Shown here: positions 24,944 to 33,747 of the stretch, piece by piece
Layout of the letters: each line of letters starts with the position of its first letter
Numbering within the stretch: the first letter of the stretch is position 1
Source: a virus
Strand: one strand, 5' to 3'
Virus record (IMG/VR): IMGVR_UViG_3300007511_000003
Coordinates: 104,901 to 168,900 of that record
DNA: 64,000 bases
Program-made: the position numbers and the translations under genes
Notes under the pieces: model-generated
Database searches by the model: none
What the model saw: the letters and a program-made list of their open reading frames with translations, nothing else
Told to the model about the DNA's origin: nothing

Positions 24944-25735
24944 CTACCAGTCACCGTGGCCGTCTTCACCCTCATCATCTTCACCTTCGTAGTCACCGTC
25001 TTCACCCTCATCTCCGTCGTAATCGGCCTCGGGTTCCGGTTCCTTCTTCTTGCGGCGGCTGGAAGTCGAAGCCTTGGAAGAACGACTCCGCTTGGGCTTC
25101 TCCTCCTCAGCAGGCTCTTCGTCACCCTCGTAGTCACCGTCTTCACCCTCATCTCCGTCGTAATCGGCCTCGGGTTCCGGCTCCTTCTTCTTACGACTCC
25201 GCTTGGGCTTCTCTTCCCCAGCGTCCTCTTCTTTGGACTTCCTGCTCCGACGGCTGGAGGAAGACTTCCGCCCCTCCCCGTCCTCTTCCATCACCACCGT
25301 GGTACCCTCGGCAGGAACCTGGATTTCGGAACCGTCTTCCAAGGTACAAAGGAATCCAGCTTCGGTGGCGGTAACTTCACTGGCCAAGAAGCTCTCGACC
25401 TGCACCGGCAGATCATTCCGCTTGATGACACCGGCATCGGCCTTGCCGTCAGCACCCGACATGGAGGCAATCACGCTGTTGTGGACCATCTGGTTGAGTA
25501 CCTTGCTCGACCCTGGCTTACTGTGACGGATGGTAGCAGCGTTCTCATCGGCGGAGGTAATGGTACCTGGTTGCCGACGATTGGCGCCAAGGGCCGTCAA
25601 ACCGATAGGGCTAACCGTGTTGACCTGCCACATCCCCTGGGCCCGTTGCCGACGGCTCGGGCGACGATTGCGGGAAGAGGTTTTGGAGGCAGTGGTTTTT
25701 TTGCTGCTGCTGGAACTGCTGGAACGTCGTGCCAT
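24944..25735 (-). CDS. Low-complexity protein: basic N-terminus, alternating basic/acidic duplicated C-terminus
   Basis: SD AAGGAG; KKKEPEPEADYDGDEGEDGDYEG occurs twice. Confidence 0.8.
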   Translation of the reverse strand: MARRSSSSSSSKKTTASKTSSRNRRPSRRQRAQGMWQVNTVSPIGLTALGANRRQPGTITSADENAATIRHSKPGSSKVLNQMVHNSVIASMSGADGKADAGVIKRNDLPVQVESFLASEVTATEAGFLCTLEDGSEIQVPAEGTTVVMEEDGEGRKSSSSRRSRKSKEEDAGEEKPKRSRKKKEPEPEADYDGDEGEDGDYEGDEEPAEEEKPKRSRSSKASTSSRRKKKEPEPEADYDGDEGEDGDYEGEDDEGEDGHGDW

Positions 25736-25908
25736 GGTTGGCTTCTCCTTTGAAAGTGGAATGAGCTTTCGGCTCTGTAAAACATCAACTGTAGTACTAC
25801 ATCGTGTGACTGTTCTTTGCTTTCCCTAAACTTACTGTTTAATGTTTATCTGTGTCGGCCCTCCTTATGTTCTCCTCGTTTACACCTGCTGCCCTAACGC
25901 TCGCCTAC

Positions 25909-25937
25909 ATTGTATCGAATCCTTGGGCGCCTGTCAA
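25909..25937 (-). promoter_or_regulatory. sigma70-type promoter with conserved downstream element
   Basis: TTGACA-17 bp-TACAAT then GTAGGCGAGCGTTAGG. Confidence 0.85.
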
Positions 25938-26107
25938 GGAAAAAATCCTGCATCACATCCCTACGATTCTCAGCAAGTTAGGCACAACGCCTCGGCCCAA
26001 CAAACCATGCCTTGCAAAAATCCTTGCTTACACCTTCTATTTACAACGTTGGGCTCAAATCTGGTCAGAAAGCCCTGGATTAAAAAATTTCATTGGATAA
26101 CACGACG

Positions 26108-26962
26108 TTAGGCACCCACAAAGAACCTAGGTACCAATTCACAACGAGATGGCAGAGAAGACCTCTCAAGGGAGTGGCCCTGTAACCGGTGCAAACGGCG
26201 CCCTCTTTGGCTCCAATACAGGAAGGGTGCAGCCAAGACCGGTGCTAGGTGCCTGTTAGAAGTCAGACACAAGTCCAAAATATGGGCTTCATTTTCACAA
26301 AACGTAACTATCGCCGCACCCTGCACTGTTGTTTGGGCTTTATCCAGCAACACCAGTATGCCTTGTTCTCTGATATGAATGTCCTTCAAAAGGACCTTTA
26401 AATAAGGCTGGGAAGTGTTACCCCGCTTGGTGTCCTCCAAGCGCCGTAAAGCATATACCTCTGTCAGGTCAAAATCTTGGATAAGTTGGGCACGGCTACG
26501 AGGACTCTCGGCTATGCGTAATCTACCAGAGTCTAACAGCTTTTGGGTCCTTGTATAAACAGAGGACCCAACATCCAACTCATGTATGTAGTGGCGGGCG
26601 GTCCCGGAGAACTGGAAGGTAGGTATGTTCATCCCTGATAATACCCTCTGTTCTTCCCTTGTCCAAAAAGGTGCTATGAATTTGCTTAAAAGTTCGAACC
26701 CATGCGGAGGCATTAGGCCGCGCATGTTAGACACCAAAGGGATGGATACATCTTGCACTACACCTATGGCTACGGTAAAAGGTTCCTGATCCAATAAATG
26801 ACTTAAACATTGGAGGCGCTCTAGTGACAGCATCAAATTGTGTAGCGTATCCACGGTCGGGGCATACCTGTGGTGGTTGGTACGTTCAATCCATGTATCC
26901 AGACCCCCCACTATAAGTGACCAATCCGCACGTATGGCTTCAGCACCAATAATAACGTTCAT
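26108..26962 (-). CDS. Hypothetical protein, possible GNAT-like C-terminus
   Basis: Start moved to MNVIIG; QGAAIVTF...AHILDL segment. Confidence 0.5.
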   Translation of the reverse strand: MNVIIGAEAIRADWSLIVGGLDTWIERTNHHRYAPTVDTLHNLMLSLERLQCLSHLLDQEPFTVAIGVVQDVSIPLVSNMRGLMPPHGFELLSKFIAPFWTREEQRVLSGMNIPTFQFSGTARHYIHELDVGSSVYTRTQKLLDSGRLRIAESPRSRAQLIQDFDLTEVYALRRLEDTKRGNTSQPYLKVLLKDIHIREQGILVLLDKAQTTVQGAAIVTFCENEAHILDLCLTSNRHLAPVLAAPFLYWSQRGRRLHRLQGHSLERSSLPSRCELVPRFFVGA

Positions 26963-27668
26963 CAGTTTTCCAAATGTAATGTGAAGGACTCTGGTTTTTA
27001 TGGGTACGTAGGTCAACGCTATTGACCTCTAATACCAGACCAGACGTAGGATAGGGAAATTGTGGACTGTCAAGGCGCCCAAACACCTTTTGTAAACGGG
27101 CCTCCACTGTTGCGAGTGATAAGGTTCCTATGTCTCGACACAAGAAAGCAGGAGAGGCATGAGGTGTCAGGAAGGGTACACCCGCAAGTAAGTCTAACTC
27201 ACCTAGCCTGTTTATAAGTTCCTTTTCCGGTGTCCTGAGGCTATGAGCCGCGAACGCCAAATAGCGTGTCCTCCTCACCCAGATTTGCTCATCCTGTTGC
27301 GTCACGGTTGCATGTAGGGCACCTAAAGTAGCGAGTCCTAACGTTCCCTTGAACAAGTGTCTGTCTACGGTCAAGGTCCCAAATACGGATATCCTAGGTT
27401 CCTTAAACCCACCAAACACCTTACCCTTGGCAATCAACCGTTGTGGCAACAAAGGACCCAGACGTTCGGTAAAGCACGCTTCTTGTCCAAGGGAGTTCAT
27501 GTACACCACCCTATCAAGTTTGTATTTGTCGTAACGTACTTCCAGTGGGAGCCCTTGCAGGACAGGGCGCACTAACAGGTAACACTTACCCGTGCTCTTG
27601 GACTGTAAAGTGGAAAGAAAATTGTGGAGCCCTTCTCTTTTTTGTTGGTTTAAAGAAAACATGGACAC
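26940..27668 (-). CDS. Degenerate NAD-dependent DNA ligase adenylation-like domain
   Basis: RPVLQGLPLEVRY aligns with the EPKxDGLxxxLxY motif I; YPTSGLVLEV aligns with the YxIDGVVIKV motif IV; catalytic residues replaced. Confidence 0.55.
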   Translation of the reverse strand: MSMFSLNQQKREGLHNFLSTLQSKSTGKCYLLVRPVLQGLPLEVRYDKYKLDRVVYMNSLGQEACFTERLGPLLPQRLIAKGKVFGGFKEPRISVFGTLTVDRHLFKGTLGLATLGALHATVTQQDEQIWVRRTRYLAFAAHSLRTPEKELINRLGELDLLAGVPFLTPHASPAFLCRDIGTLSLATVEARLQKVFGRLDSPQFPYPTSGLVLEVNSVDLRTHKNQSPSHYIWKTDERYYWC

Positions 27669-28279
27669 CTCGATAAAAATTTTTGGGTACCTAATGATAT
27701 GCGACCTACCGTCTATTTACAAGAAAATTTCCATTTTAGGGTTGGTCAAATCTTGATCTTATTTGGACAATTTTTCAATGAATTTGGTATGGCGTAAAAT
27801 GAGGTTGAAAACCAAAACGTATAGGGTATAAGAGAAACTTAGGGCACCACATAAAGGGAGGTGGGGCCTATGAAGGAAGGGCGGGTAGAAAGTTAAGATC
27901 CAAAATCGGTTCAAACTTGGAAAAGCGGGATTTCAGAATACCTCTTAATCCAGTATAAATACCGAAAGGATAAAGCGAATAGGTTGAAGGATTTTGGTCA
28001 AAAATCGTGATCCACAAGAAAATCTTTACCAAACCAAATCCTGCCTATCCAATTAATCCAAGGTAACGTCTGAGGTTAATGATAGGTAAAAAGCATATGG
28101 GTACCACCACTTGGGAGAACTATATAGAAGTAGCGAGTCGGGCCAGCGGGTATTGGTTTCTAACATTGGGACTGGATCTCACAAGGGACATGGATCTAAA
28201 GATATCCAAAAACCCTAGGGTATACCCTGTTACAGAAGGCGTCGCGGCGCGGAGCGCGTGCGCCTTCTGGTGGACTAAG

Positions 28280-28370
28280 GACCGTCCCCACTCATCCTAG
28301 ACATGTAAAATTGGATACCACCTCTTCCTCCATTTGGTAGGTTCAATGTCTAGGATGAGTGGGGACGGTC
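28280..28370. repeat. Perfect 25-bp inverted repeat with 41-nt spacer
   Basis: gaccgtccccactcatcctagacat / atgtctaggatgagtggggacggtc. Confidence 0.95.
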
Positions 28371-28381
28371 AAGGATAGAAA

Positions 28382-28421
28382 GAGATGTAGGCTGTCGCTA
28401 CGCTCCAGGCGCCTACATCTC
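28382..28421. repeat. 11-bp inverted repeat
   Basis: gagatgtaggc / gcctacatctc. Confidence 0.85.
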
Positions 28422-28601
28422 CCTCCAGTAGGGCGTAGCCCTGGTGTTTAGGTAAGGAAAGAAATTTAAGACCTCCTCCAGAATCGGAGTAATCACCACT
28501 GGGTCTGACTAATTTAAAATTGAAGATGGTTGATTTGCGGTGTACCGCCCTACTCTAATTTCTTGTAAATAAATTGGGAATGAGGATGGTCACAATCAAC
28601 C

Positions 28602-30122
28602 GTGAATGAGGATGGTATGAGATTGAAGGATCATGTATTTGAGCCGGCCCTGGCATCCTACCTAGAGGAGTTGGTTCCGATTCAATGGGATCAACGATTT
28701 TTTACCAATAGGGAGAGAAGCCAGATTAAGAGGTTCCTGTGTCACCTAGCCTACGAAGGCTTGTTTGGGTTAGGGAGATCTACGTTTAAGGTTTGGGTAC
28801 CTATTCCCTGGACCACCTTACATGTAGAAGCCAGAACCGTTACCCGTTCTTTTGGTACCGACAAAGGTTACGAGCTCCTGGAAAAGCTGGGTCTCATTGA
28901 AACCACCAATTATGATAGGCACCGTCGGTTGTGCCGCGAGTACCGACTCGCGTGGAAACACCTTAAGGCTCTTATCATTAGGATGGTTTCTTTATTTCAT
29001 CTGGACCACCATCCTTGGGGCCAGGACAGGCGGCAAGATCATATTTTATTGAAAGCGGTCCTCGGTAGGGTAGAAGGAAAGCGGTTACCTAGGAACAAGA
29101 TATCGGTACCACTTACCACCCACAGTCTACGCGTTATGAAAAACCGATACGTGGATTTTCCTGGACTGGTGACCCACATGTATCAGAGTTATAGAGATCG
29201 GGCAAAGAATGTTGGCGGCTCTTGGAACCGGTTTAAAGCCAACCTTCGGGTATGTTATTTTTTGTTGAGGCACCTCAAGCTGGATACAATAGGATGGTAT
29301 TACCGTCCGCGGTATAAGAGTGGTACGACCGGACGTATCCACGAAATAGGTGGTGGACTGCAAAACGCTCCTGTAGAAATGAAAGTTCGATCTCTCACCA
29401 CAGGGCAGGTCAATTACGACCTAGCGGCATCTCAACCAACAATATTGATTTCTGAATTTGAACAACACGGTATCGACACCCAATGGTTGGAGAACTATGT
29501 TGAGAATCCAAAGGCCAAGGAAAACGCCGCCCAGCGGTGTGGTATTTCTGTAGCTTGCTGGAAGACTATTTTTTGTGCCCTCCTGACAGGCGCCCGTCTT
29601 GTCAAACATCCTCAAAGCTCTATCATGCAAGAACTAGAGCACCATCTTGGAACATGGGATGCCGCCTGCGAGGCATTTGATCGGTTCCACTCTTACACAC
29701 AACCACTCCAAAAAGGTATCAAGGACTGGATCCAGGTTTTACTGGATACCCCTGCTGGTGTTCGCGGTGGTAAAAAATGGTGGCGTAACAAAATCGGTTT
29801 GAGGTTCGTACACCACCGAAATTGTGGCCAGCGTCTGATGGCGTTTATGGTACAGGGACAGGAGTCGGCTTTCATCCAAACATTGGTCATTGAACTGGCC
29901 AAGGTGGGAATTCCTGTTGTGGCCAATGAACACGATGGGTTTATTGCTGTCGGGGACCTGCCCTTGGGGGCCTGTCAACAAGCAGCAGAGAAGGTGGGTC
30001 AGGGAAGGTGGCGTTTTAAGATAGACGCTGTAGGGCCCTCAGAGGGCCAGGGGAGGTCTTTGGAACCATACCTGAGGGAAGTAGAAGCGGGGTACAAGAA
30101 ACAGCAAGGAAGGACCGTATAG
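28602..30122 (+). CDS. Divergent family-A-like polymerase (palm/fingers only, no exonuclease seen)
   Basis: TTGRI...GLQN, motif A NYDLAASQP, motif B K.IFCALL.G, QGQES, motif C NEHDG. Confidence 0.7.
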   Translation: MNEDGMRLKDHVFEPALASYLEELVPIQWDQRFFTNRERSQIKRFLCHLAYEGLFGLGRSTFKVWVPIPWTTLHVEARTVTRSFGTDKGYELLEKLGLIETTNYDRHRRLCREYRLAWKHLKALIIRMVSLFHLDHHPWGQDRRQDHILLKAVLGRVEGKRLPRNKISVPLTTHSLRVMKNRYVDFPGLVTHMYQSYRDRAKNVGGSWNRFKANLRVCYFLLRHLKLDTIGWYYRPRYKSGTTGRIHEIGGGLQNAPVEMKVRSLTTGQVNYDLAASQPTILISEFEQHGIDTQWLENYVENPKAKENAAQRCGISVACWKTIFCALLTGARLVKHPQSSIMQELEHHLGTWDAACEAFDRFHSYTQPLQKGIKDWIQVLLDTPAGVRGGKKWWRNKIGLRFVHHRNCGQRLMAFMVQGQESAFIQTLVIELAKVGIPVVANEHDGFIAVGDLPLGACQQAAEKVGQGRWRFKIDAVGPSEGQGRSLEPYLREVEAGYKKQQGRTV

Positions 30123-30224
30123 GCAGATGGGGGCGGATCCCGGAGCCGATTCGGAACCCACCCCCATGGTGGAGAAGCAACGCCCGATGAGGCTATAATT
30201 ACCCTTCACGAACGTCACTATAAA

Positions 30225-30623
30225 TTAGTCAGAGCCTTGAGTTGGTTGGACAGTCAAATATTTGGCGGCATACTCAGGTGTGGAAAAAAGCCTGGTGACT
30301 CCCACTATGTCCCCAAAGTTATTCCTTACAGTGCTACCCCAACTGGTGTCAGGTGCGAACACGTCAGGGCGGCTTCTTATATGGGTGATGACCAGGCGAC
30401 TGACCAGGTATACAGTGCCCTCTTGAGGATCTGGAAGCCCCTCAATAAACTCCGGTTCGCTAAGGGGGTTCACAGGTACCGGAAGTCCCTCCACCAGTCG
30501 GAGGCTTTTCTTTTTGAACTTGATGCGGGCTATCTTTCCAGATGGTGGTATCTCGGTTATACCCGCTTTACCGATTAAACTGATCGGGTGTTTGGTCAAG
30601 TTGATCATTTTGGTGATTTCCAT
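30225..30623 (-). CDS. Hypothetical phage protein
   Basis: NLTKHPI...IPPSG...GLPDP..G..YLVS pattern common in viral proteins. Confidence 0.75.
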   Translation of the reverse strand: MEITKMINLTKHPISLIGKAGITEIPPSGKIARIKFKKKSLRLVEGLPVPVNPLSEPEFIEGLPDPQEGTVYLVSRLVITHIRSRPDVFAPDTSWGSTVRNNFGDIVGVTRLFSTPEYAAKYLTVQPTQGSD

Positions 30624-30660
30624 TTTTGTCCTTGCCGTGGTTGACTAATAAGCATGTAAC

Positions 30661-31140
30661 TCAACGACGGTCGGTTTTCCTTATTGGCCGCCACATGTCT
30701 TGAGGGTTATAGACTCCTGGTGGTATAGGGAACCAACGGTCCTTATATCGTTGGATGGTTTTCAAGGGGATCCCTTTTGTGTTGTGTCTCTGGCATCCCT
30801 CAGGGTCCCAAGCCCAGTCTGTAGTGGGTTCCATGATATGGACGGATGCTCGATGCTCATAAGCGATCTGGAAATAAGGTAGGAGCTCTTGGAGTCGAGT
30901 CAGGGTATTTGATACCACTCCCCCACCACGTTCCTCTAGTGCTCTTTTAATACCCTCCCTACACCACCTGTGTGCTGACCGTAGTTTCTTTGCGTCATGG
31001 GCATACCGGCCCGAGTTGGCGTCTACCATTAACATGTCCACTTCATAGTGGGACACGCCATATTCTCGGGCTACGTGCTGGGCCAGGGTGGTTTTCCCTG
31101 ACCCAGGCAGTCCCCTGACAATCCAGAGGTTGTTTGACAT
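30661..31140 (-). CDS. P-loop kinase (AAA_33 / polynucleotide-kinase-like)
   Basis: RGLPGSGKTT Walker A; VVSNT; RHNTKGIP. Confidence 0.8.
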   Translation of the reverse strand: MSNNLWIVRGLPGSGKTTLAQHVAREYGVSHYEVDMLMVDANSGRYAHDAKKLRSAHRWCREGIKRALEERGGGVVSNTLTRLQELLPYFQIAYEHRASVHIMEPTTDWAWDPEGCQRHNTKGIPLKTIQRYKDRWFPIPPGVYNPQDMWRPIRKTDRR

Positions 31141-32324
31141 TACTTACTCCAATCGTTGTTTACTTCGCGTTTCGTGTAACACTCCTCACAGAACGCTCTC
31201 TCAACCTCAGAGTTCTCATCCTTGTTGTCCGGAACACCCCATCCCTTCCGCCCCAGTTCTGCTGTGCAATCGGAACATTTCCGCTTCTCAGGCTCTCCCC
31301 AACATTCGTCACATAGGTCGTCCCCTCCGTCGATTTCCTCTTGAGACAGGCGCCCACCACAGTTGTCACAGAATCCCATCGACACTGTTTTGGTATCCTG
31401 GACCTCCACTGTTCCTTCCTCGAAGCCTTCCTGGTCTTTGTACAATATCTTCCGCCTTGCCTCGTACACTTCTGGGGAGACAAACGTGGCACCCTTGCGG
31501 TGTTTGACGAGTCCGCTGTAGCTGAATTTCAGGAACCGGAATAAGGCCAGCACATCCTCAGCCACTGCCTCCTTCCCTTCCGCTTTTAGTAATCCCTTGG
31601 CCTGTAATGCTTTAAGATGTACCAAGGTATCCCCTGTAGCGGCCCCCTCTATAAACGCCTCTCCGTTTATCCCCCAATTAAACAGAGTTGCCATAATATC
31701 AACTTTAAATTCCTCTCTACCCTTAACTGAAGTGTCATCAACTCGGATGATAGCCACACCTGGAATGTGGAACTTGGTTTTGTGGGTGGGTTCTCCATAA
31801 AGTTTTCGTTCCGTCATGGCCCTATAGAGGTCCCCTTGTGTCATCATGTAGCCATGCCAGTCAGAGAATGGGCGTAGGATCGGTTTCAGAGAGGGTTTTT
31901 TGTGTTGTTTAACCACATTTCTTGGTACTAGAAGGGGAAGGACGTATTCGGTTTTGGGCGGGCAGAAAGCTGGCTTGGTATCAGGAACCAAAAGTCTATC
32001 TTCCTCAGGAAGCGGTTCCTGTTTTTCAGGAATCTGTGGCGGTTGGACCTCAACGGGTAGAGGTTTTTTGGGCTCCTCTTTTTCTGTAGTGGGTACCACG
32101 CTCAATGGTGGTACTTGGGTGCGGAGTTGAGGGATAGCATCCAAATCGGGGAGTCGGTCCGCCATGTAGAGTTCCAACGAACGATACCCAAGCACATACC
32201 ATCCCTTGTGTTTGATGAAGTCCTGTAGGTTGGCGTTGAACCGAGACGCTTGTTCCACGTGCTCTTTGCTCCTGGCTTGAGCTTCGGCGAATGTTATTTC
32301 TTTTTGCGCGGGATTTATCATCAC
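31140..32324 (-). CDS. Hypothetical protein with C-terminal Zn ribbons
   Basis: CDNC, CDEC, CSDC and CEEC pairs. Confidence 0.7.
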   Translation of the reverse strand: MMINPAQKEITFAEAQARSKEHVEQASRFNANLQDFIKHKGWYVLGYRSLELYMADRLPDLDAIPQLRTQVPPLSVVPTTEKEEPKKPLPVEVQPPQIPEKQEPLPEEDRLLVPDTKPAFCPPKTEYVLPLLVPRNVVKQHKKPSLKPILRPFSDWHGYMMTQGDLYRAMTERKLYGEPTHKTKFHIPGVAIIRVDDTSVKGREEFKVDIMATLFNWGINGEAFIEGAATGDTLVHLKALQAKGLLKAEGKEAVAEDVLALFRFLKFSYSGLVKHRKGATFVSPEVYEARRKILYKDQEGFEEGTVEVQDTKTVSMGFCDNCGGRLSQEEIDGGDDLCDECWGEPEKRKCSDCTAELGRKGWGVPDNKDENSEVERAFCEECYTKREVNNDWSK

Positions 32325-32545
32325 TATTGACCTCCTGCTGTTTTCTAGGGTCTTTTAATACAACTGTGGGTTCGTCTGGGGAGAGAATCGGAAGGAGGTC
32401 CTGTGGTGGGTGTTGCTGGGCGATCTTATCGCGGGGACCCTTCTCATGGATAATATCCTCAGGGAACGTTCAACATTTATTTACAAGCTCTCGGGCGGCG
32501 GCCCAGGAAACCTGGGAACACCACCCTCAAGAGCCCTTTGTTTGG

Positions 32546-33379
32546 TTATGCGGGCATTGCCACCTGACCGTTGTTGATTAACATGGCCATCTGGCTGTCC
32601 GTAAGCTTCAGTTCAACAGCTTCCCGGTCTTCGGGGTTCATCATGGCCATCATGGCTTGGGTGAGGAATTTGGTTCCACCCTCAACCGCTTTCTTCGCCC
32701 GACGTTTGGCCACTGCCTTGATCTGGGCCAGCCTCTCTTTGGTAGCTGCCGGGTTTTTCTTGGTCTCGACTTTTTCGGCCATGGCTACCGCTTCCTGGGC
32801 TCCCGCTTTCTTGGCCGCTCTGCGGGCCTTGCGGGTGGCTTTCTTTTTGGTCTCGACTTCCACTTTATTGTCGGCGGTCCTGGCGAGCCTGAACATACCC
32901 TGCTCTTCCATCAACCGGACGGTACCTTCGATGTGCTTGCAAACGCCGGGGATATGCTCGGGATTGCGGGGCTTGCCTGTGCCTTTGGGCTTCTCATACT
33001 TAAATGCTGGGCCCGTCATCTGCTCGGTCTCTTTCAGGGTGGGTGCCCAAGTAAATTTGAAATCCTGGCAAGAACACCGAACCTGCGGAGTCGAGCGGGT
33101 CGTGATCGGGCGGATGAAAACTGGGCGGTTTTTGCGGCCTCTCTTATAGACCGCGGCTTCGACCGAATAACGCCGGCTCTTGGTCTCGGTCATCAGTACC
33201 TTGTCAAAAACCATCTGGACTTCGTAGTTTTCACCGGTTCCTTCGACTCGGGCAACGATGCGGGCCCTGGTGCTGTCCTTGGGATTAATCTGAACTTTTT
33301 GAATCGTGACCTTGTTGGTCGGGATGTGGTTGACTTTGCGAAGTTTTTCGCCGCTTGCGATCAATGCTTGGATATTCAT
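32546..33379 (-). CDS. SWIM zinc-finger protein with K/A-rich tail
   Basis: VRCSCQDF...CKH. Confidence 0.8.
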   Translation of the reverse strand: MNIQALIASGEKLRKVNHIPTNKVTIQKVQINPKDSTRARIVARVEGTGENYEVQMVFDKVLMTETKSRRYSVEAAVYKRGRKNRPVFIRPITTRSTPQVRCSCQDFKFTWAPTLKETEQMTGPAFKYEKPKGTGKPRNPEHIPGVCKHIEGTVRLMEEQGMFRLARTADNKVEVETKKKATRKARRAAKKAGAQEAVAMAEKVETKKNPAATKERLAQIKAVAKRRAKKAVEGGTKFLTQAMMAMMNPEDREAVELKLTDSQMAMLINNGQVAMPA

Positions 33380-33457
33380 CTGTTTACCGCTCCTACGTTT
33401 GGGTTGTGGCCTATGGCATCCTGCCTGCCCCTGCTCTCTTCCCTAATCTTCACCTAC

Positions 33458-33486
33458 ATTGTATATGAACCCTCCGGTGCCGTCAA
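33458..33486 (-). promoter_or_regulatory. sigma70-type promoter with conserved downstream element
   Basis: TTGACG-17 bp-TACAAT then GTAGGTGAAGATTAGG. Confidence 0.8.
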
Positions 33487-33747
33487 GATAAAAATGCACG
33501 TGGAGGCGCATTTTTCGTATCCGTTTGGTTTGGCACCTGTTTTTGACGCGCATTCCACGCTATACAGCTCTCCCAATTTTTTCATCCCTGGAAAATTTTC
33601 GGTCCTGGGCCTTAAATCGAGGTCAAATTTTTGCACAATCTAATTTTATCCCAAGTCAGCTTGGCTCCTTCGGCGGTGCCCAAGTCTGTAAGTATGCAAA
33701 GGGTCCTAGTACACATTTGAAACACACATGCGTGTAAGGAGAAACAC

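Noticed and set aside
24956-25753. 265-aa hydrophobic plus-strand ORF resembling a membrane protein
   Set aside because: Reverse complement of the K/E/D-rich gene; the hydrophobicity is an artefact of that composition.
28079-28300. 73-aa ORF in the large intergenic region
   Set aside because: No clear SD or motifs, and it ends inside the inverted repeat.
32657-33643. 328-aa plus-strand ORF
   Set aside because: Antisense shadow of the SWIM gene; it runs across that gene's promoter and has no recognisable motifs.
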